Assembly: GCA_030141605.1 (NCBI GenBank)
Contig: JAQGDQ010000785.1
Location: 31,970-95,969 of the forward strand
Reading direction: 5' to 3'
DNA from: Tubiluchus corallicola
Lineage: Eukaryota > Animalia > Priapulida
Length of the DNA: 64,000 nucleotides
The notes under the pieces were generated by a model. It ran no database searches, had not been told where the DNA came from, and saw only the letters and a program-made list of their open reading frames with translations. Below, piece after piece: positions 36,355 through 64,000 of the stretch. The translations under genes and the position numbers were made by a program. Position 1 is the first letter of the stretch, and each line of letters begins with the position of its first letter.

Positions 36355-39317
36355 TAGTAATTATTTGTAATTATACACTAAATATATGACTAAATTATCA
36401 CGAGATTATCGGAAACATTCACTGATGACGTGAGAATAATAGAATAGTGACTTACGAGCCTAGAAACGAGTAATAACTTAGAAAAAAGTAGGAGGTGCGA
36501 AAGTGTAATAGTGCCTTTCAGTTATTGTTACACATTTATTTATAATATTAATTAGTAGTCTATATATACGACAAGCACACATGGAGTTAAGTGATTCAAA
36601 ACAGTGATACCTAACCAGATAATTTCACCTCATGTTAGATACTGTTTCACAAAATTTCTTAGAACCATACAAAGAAAAGAGCCCTTGAAATCTTCCACAG
36701 ATGAGACAGGCCTCATTTAATGAAATTTTCATGAAAATGTAAACAAGCTTGTACTCTAAGAACTTTATTTTTTTGTAATTAGTAATTTATTTATTCGGAA
36801 ATACATTTATACAATTAGCGCAAACAGAATACAGAATAATTTATTTGTCTCAACATAGTCAACATAGCATTAACAAATGATGTGACAGCTAAGAGAGACA
36901 AGGAAAAAATTGGCAGTTAATAATTAATGATTATGATATAACATCATGCATAATATATATTATATTATTAATAATAATTGATGGCAAGAACCAGAAGTAA
37001 AAATTTGTTAGGTGCTTGCACCACTTATAATGTAATTTAATTGTATAGTATAATAACTATAATCTATACTCCGAAATAGCAAGAGTAGCCGCCTACGTTT
37101 CACGGGACATACGAGGGGGTTTCGGGAAGTTTATCAAACAGTACTTTCACAATCTATCACCTTTAACTATCTTCCAATAAACAAAAGATTCCATCAATTC
37201 CCACTGTTCCAGTTCTCGCTTTCACTAATAGTTACATTAAGTAATATGAAAAACTAACGAGTTTACAAAGAAATTACTAAGAAACATCACAATCAGTCCC
37301 AGATTTTCGTGAAATAACTTACCTGGAAATCGCTGCACGCGAATGGCAATACAGTGAACCTTCTTTTTTGTAGTTTTCCGACTTTATTTTACTCGAAAAG
37401 CTTGCGCAGTTTGATGTTATTAGTTTAATTTAGGTGAGTTTATTTATTCCAAATGTTAGTTCACATAAAAATAACGTAAATTACAATGGGTAAGACAAAT
37501 TATCAGCTCAGACCAAAAGTAAAACTTGTGAGATCTGATCTCAGTTTTGTTTGGTCCTTTTCTTTCTTTCGACTTCAGATAATAAAATGTCGTGTGCACC
37601 AAAAAAGTAAAATGGATTGGCTTGCCATAAAAGCAGTATTAAAAATAATGTTTTAATAGAAATGATAATTACAATATTGGTAAAATGGTAAGATAATAAT
37701 AATAATTGTAATAAGAATAACAACAACAATAAGAATGACAGCAGCAAGAACCATAAAAAATTATATGTAATAGTAATTATTTCTCTATCTTGAGAAAAAT
37801 ACTGGTTACCATTCAATAGTTTGTAATGCTTTAAGATAGGAACATAAAGCTTATTAGCCTTTATCAGCAATTCGCTATTGAATATCACAAAAAAGCACAG
37901 GCAACCTACGACCTGCAAACTTATAGTGATAAGGCGATATACCTTTATAGGCTTATCAAACAGCTTTTGTTATCCTACCTGGCCTCTTTCTAGTATCTCA
38001 TTTTAAAAACAATACATTGCAAGTTTCTTTGCATTATAACCTCCTCATTATGATTTGCATCTATGAATTTGTCTCTCTGATCCAATGAGAGATCCTCTTG
38101 AAATGATTATAGCTTTCGTGTGCGATGACTTAAAACATTGTTCATATGTACTATTCTGGAACTTTAAGAAGCAGTATGGCGCAAATCTGTCATGTTGCTT
38201 ATGCTGCAGCAAAGCTGAAGAAAACCGCAGTTTAAACTCCAGCCAAACTAATCTGAGCCAAAAATTAAAGGATTTTTGGGACTTGCTCTAACCTATCTTG
38301 TAGCAAGTTTGGTGATTAACTTCATCAATTTTGGTTTTATTGCGTGGACGCTCCTACAGGCACGACTAAATTCATGCATTGATTGACTAGCGTTGACTTG
38401 GGTGTCTCTCCACTAGCAATGAGCATCGAACATAGAGTTCGAATCAAATGCCAACATTAGAATTCGAACAATTTTTTTTATTTTAATTACCTTCATACCT
38501 AAAATTATGGATTCGTATAATTCACCACTTTAACTACATATTTTTTTATTAAAATGTTTGAAACAGCATCCAATCAGTACAATTCCTATGCACAATTTTT
38601 AAACAAATTATTGACGTTTTTACTGTCAAACACAATCAAATGATATGCTGGCTTTGCGAGACCTGCTTTTTATTTATGATTCAAAAATTCATTCGAAAAC
38701 CTTTAAACCTGAATTTGCACTCGATTTAGATTCAAAATATTGAAATTTGGTTTCATTCCTGTTCGAAAGTCAGAAATTTGATTCAATTAGAATGCAGTGT
38801 CTGATAAAGAATGCTCACCCCTAATATCCACGTGTACATCCAAATTACTCACGTTTTAGCTTCAGCTCAAATTACCGACTACAGACATTGAAATAGGTGC
38901 AACAGACACACTGCAATTTCTACATTCACTCTCTGTAAATTTCACGCATCAGCTTTAACAATAATGTAAACATCAAGCCAACCTTTCACACACTTACCTA
39001 TCCGTTTCTACTTCGAGTGACTGTGTAGTCAAATTAATTTACTTACGTGCTTTATTTTTATGCTAAATTCTGTTGCAAATAACTATTGGTATTAAATTTT
39101 TTTGAAAGATTTCTGTCACGGCACAATCTGCTATTCATGTAATCCACATTATGGTGTTCATGCTTTAATTTGTGTTTTAGTTATGATTTCCTTATCAATG
39201 GTAAACTTGCTTAGTTTCACACCTCAACACTTCACAGCAAGAGCAAGATAGCAACCAAGACATTTGTCCACGTTTAACACAAATATTAACAAAATACAAA
39301 AGAAATTCCATCTTAAA

Positions 39318-39323
39318 TTTATT
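39318..39323 (-). terminator. RPL8 polyadenylation signal AATAAA
   Basis: AATAAA about 24 nt downstream of the stop codon, consistent with the short 3'UTRs of ribosomal protein genes. Confidence 0.75.
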
Positions 39324-39346
39324 AATTAGAGACATACAATAATCAA

Positions 39347-43586
<4,240 letters not shown>

Positions 43587-45026
43587 CTTGCCTGGATAAC
43601 ATAAGACAAAAAGTTAGTGGAATGCAATGGCTGCGTTACTCAACTATTCCCATGAAAACATACTTTGACAGCGAAGAAAAACTAAAACCCCAAATGTCAT
43701 AAATCTTGGGTCATCTTACCTTGGTCTATTTTACCCATTGCACTTGCCTCATACTACATGAGTAGCAGACAGCTGCAAAGTAACCGTGAAGGCTGCTATT
43801 AGCCATACCTAGCCAATAGATATAGGTCTCACAGTGGGGTTTACTTCTCAGGATACGCCAGCAAAAAATTCACATTCGACAGCTTACAACTATTCAGTAT
43901 TATAAACGTGCGTCCAATAATTTCAGTTAGTGGTCGCTTTTTTATAATATCCGCACAAAAAACAAAATCTCAGTGATACTAGGGTTTCATTGGCACAGAA
44001 AGCAAAAAAATTCATCATGTGAAGAAAATGTATCATAGATTTCATTGTCATGAAAGTGAAACATTGCGACTAGGTTTACTGTACTCTAATAAAATAATGA
44101 AATTAATGCAATGTACTATTCCACAATATCTACAACCAGGGTTTAGCTTTAATAATTAAAAAGGCTTTACAATATATGGTTTGATAAGTCTTATGCTTGA
44201 AACTACTTAAGAAGATTTTTTGGGTTACTTTAAATTCACAGACATAACTAAAAAACGACCAATTAAGTGTGAGTTAGTCCAAGAATGGAGAGTTTCCTGA
44301 GTCAGCTTTAATCACAGAACATTGCTTCATGATTGTGAGAGCGGGATTGGCATCATCTTACTGTCGTAATGATCATAGATTAGAATCATTTGTAATGTAG
44401 AGTGCATTTTACAATCACAAACTTGTTACAGAATTTTTTAGCAAATGTCGATAGCTTCTGCAGAATTTCGTATTACATAGCATCAACAGATCTAGTTTAA
44501 GTTGTAGCTGTTGACATTTCAGAATCTGGATTTTTTATTTTTGACTACAACGGAAACTCTAAAAGTTAATTTAACTGAATTAAAAACACAAAATTATGGA
44601 TTGTGGATATTTTCAGTGACCTCATTCATCCATCATAATTAAAAACACAGATCAGATTAGATAGATTTATTTTTCTCCAACTTACATTACAATAAATACA
44701 CAAAATACTATGTAGAAAGGGACAAAACAGAAAGTGTAGTGAGAAACCTATAGCTAACGAGTAAACAGACATACACTGAATAAATTCGACTACCAGTAAA
44801 GTTCGATTTCGAACAGAGTCACCCACTTATAGACGCAGATGACGAGTTGCCCTAATCTAGTCAAGAAATAATAAGACTTTCGCCATTCGTCCAGGCCTAA
44901 TTTCATTTACTCAGCAATTAAATCTATGTTTTAACTTTCGTTTACAATTTAAATTTGTTTTCCGAATTGCAACGAATGCCTGATTAAACTAGATTTTTAC
45001 GGCATTATTTTGTTTTCTTCACTTAC

Positions 45027-45065
45027 TCTCTAGAAGAGCCTGTCGTAAAGGTAGAAAAGCGAAAG
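45027..45065 (-). promoter_or_regulatory. RPL8 non-coding first exon with 5'TOP/TCT-type start
   Basis: Minus strand CTTTCGCTTTTCTACCTTT...GAGA|GTAAGT; the ATG exon has an acceptor 5 nt upstream of the ATG. Confidence 0.75.
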
Positions 45066-47426
45066 TTTTCAAATGAATAAAATAAAATATATAAAGAAAT
45101 AAAATACTGTTTCAAGCATAAACACTTAGAACGCTCACAATTATTAGTGGCTCTTTTTTAATAAAACTGCATTTAGCTGCGATATATTTACTTAATAACT
45201 AATTAGTGCACTGCCACATTCTCCGACACCAAAAAAACCAAAAAGGGGTCGTATAGAAATTAAAGATAGAACTGAGTGGAATGCTCTGATAAATGTTGAT
45301 GCCGCCAATGCCTACAATAAGTGGAATTAGATTTTGAAATAGAAATTAAAACCTTGCAAAAGCCACCTGGCAAACCTAAAACAACTTTGATAACTAAGAT
45401 AAATAAAGATGTTCAACAACTTCAACCAAATCTACGTTTAGGAGTAAAAGAACTTACGCTGTTAGCTGCAGATAGAAGTGGGTGAAATATTCTGATAAAA
45501 CTGACTTTGGTACCTCAATGCCTACGATAGGTGAAACGAGATTATGAAGAAGATAAAAATTAAACTGGTTCTCCCACAGCCCACTGCTACAGACAGCATA
45601 GCATGCTATAATTGCTTCATTTTTTGATGGATTACTTGCTGTGTTCACCTGTCACTGTCTTGAGGGTAGATTTCTTTTATTTTAGAATTTTACCTGCCAG
45701 TGTCTATAATAGATCTACTGGACGTATGAAGATTATTAAAACTATATAATATTAAGATTTGACTAAAATACTAAAATTTATCAATATTGGATAATCTACG
45801 TGTACAAAAAACATGTATTAATTACACATCCTTGTACATGTACAAATACACATACGTAGCAGTTTATATTTTACATGTGTGTTGATACTGTAGGTATTTA
45901 GCTGGAATAAAGTGCATCGTATTATTCGTCTCATGATGCCCTGACCATTATTATAGCCATAATCATTGATGGTAATTTAGCATTGCCTGTGCATAATTCT
46001 GAGTACAACATTATGTATAATATTTGGGATTACAAAATTTACAATAAAATTTACATGTTGTTATCACTATTGCTGCTAGTAGATTGGCGCAAATTTAAGA
46101 AGCACATACATATCACGTGTGCCAGTGTGGTCTAATATCTATGCATGCACTGCACAGGCCAAGGTCGTAACTTAAATAGAATAATGGGGACTATATTATG
46201 AAGGTTTCATGTACTTTTCAACCTACCTAACACAATTAACTTAGCAAACACTGCATGCGTAGGAAGAAATTCAAAATTATCATCAGCTTTGAATGAATTT
46301 ACATCGAAATTTTCATTCTTAGGCTCATGACACAGTTATCCAATTTTGCATGTTAGCTAGGTAACCCATGACCTACAAGAGATTGTTACTGTTAAATTAG
46401 CAAATTCAGTTGTATGACATTATGAAAGAAAGCTGATTAATAATGATTATGTAATATGCACTGAATAGTCAGACGTAAAAATCATGACCTTTGTTGACTT
46501 GCAGATAAAAAGTGTATCTCGAAGTGTCAACGAAATACGTAGAGTGTATAATGCAAATTCAGTGATGGGATAAGTGTTAATTTAGTCTAGATAAGCATTA
46601 TAATTGTTTATGTAGCTAACAGAAAGTGAATTAAAAATTTGTTAATTGATTCAGGGTTCATACATGACTGTTTCAATAATAAAATGCCATATTATTTCAG
46701 TAATACTATACCATGATGGTTATTAAATATTAAAAATGTGCTATGTGAAATAATTAGCTTTTGTCTTTATGCAAGAAGATGCTGTATTATTTTAACCCTC
46801 TTTCAAGAGTCTCAATGCCCATGACCAAATCTGGATTATTGAATTCGTGTGGGCATTAATGCTAAAGGTTATCTAGCAGTTAAGAACTGTATCTGGAAAT
46901 AATTATCGGTGAAAAATCTTTCTATTTAATTTTTGTATATTGCTAAGATAACTAAAATTAATAAAAAAACACACTAGGAATGAATGAGGTTATGACTTTT
47001 TATGTAGATCGTGGCATGGCTGTTAAACTTGAGAAATACACCATCACATAGATCTTGAAATAAAAACAAATCATATCTGACTCCAAAATAAAGAAAACAT
47101 TATTGTAGTTAGCTACATAAAGCGAGAAATAATGTTAGGAATTTGAAGATAAACCCTTTAGTGCAGTAGTACCTACAAATAATTAGGATAATTTAGACAG
47201 CTGTACAGGCACACAAGGCTGCAAACTTATTCTGGGGGCATTATATCTTACTGCTTTTACTATAATATTAACACAATCAAATACGAATAATTATATTATA
47301 TAAGATGTTTCTTGTATTGCTTCTGATTTTTTTACTTATGATCGTGAGACGTGACGTGCGTGCTTAGCGCATAAACGCAAATTGAATTCAAATTTTATAT
47401 TAAGATGATCCCCATCCCGGTGTCAA

Positions 47427-47434
47427 TGACGTCA
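47427..47434. promoter_or_regulatory. CRE palindrome TGACGTCA in the DDX3 proximal promoter
   Basis: Perfect CRE about 105 nt upstream of the ATG, with a second TGACGTG near 47352; motif evidence only. Confidence 0.4.
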
Positions 47435-47537
47435 TTTTCCACAGAGGCTGGCTTTTGTCATTCCTTATTTTATGCCTGGCTAGTAGTCATATTTTTCAAT
47501 TAATAATTTCTGAAGTTTAAACCCAATTGTGTGTAAT

Positions 47538-63959
<16,422 letters not shown>

Positions 63960-64000
63960 TAACTTACTTTTATTGGGGAAGCTTTCTGTGTATGGAAGTT

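Noticed and set aside
43923-44360. Additional C/D snoRNA candidates in RPL8 intron 1
   Set aside because: C-like and CTGA motifs occur, but without a convincing terminal stem or an rRNA-complementary guide adjacent to a D box.

Overview
AT-rich, intron-rich eukaryotic DNA from an invertebrate metazoan; the species cannot be determined from the sequence. I reconstructed four protein-coding genes exon by exon. (1) The first two coding exons of a MAP4K4/TNIK/misshapen Ste20 kinase (minus strand; the gene runs off the left edge). (2) A complete 18-coding-exon Integrator subunit 4 gene (INTS4, minus, about 954 aa), with one U12-type intron, one GC-AG intron and probable non-coding 5' exons. (3) A complete RPL8/uL2 gene (minus, 255 aa, 5'TOP first exon) hosting a box C/D snoRNA with a SNORD95/U95-type guide. 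(4) The first nine exons of a divergently transcribed DDX3/PL10/belle helicase (plus strand; runs off the right edge). Introns are packed with non-autonomous DNA transposons (hAT, Tc1/mariner, Kolobok-like, MULE-like), tRNA- and 5S-derived SINEs, RTE derivatives and many young tandem arrays with 23-82 bp units. The most unusual observations are: tandem amplifications that multiplied real INTS4 splice sites (11 copies of one acceptor, 4 copies of one donor); a full-length 5S rRNA-headed SINE with an RTE-like tail nested in a hAT MITE; a 5'-inverted bipartite RTE insertion; and a decayed GPCR inside a DDX3 intron. There is no CRISPR array or prokaryotic system; most ORFs in the supplied track are spurious or single exons.
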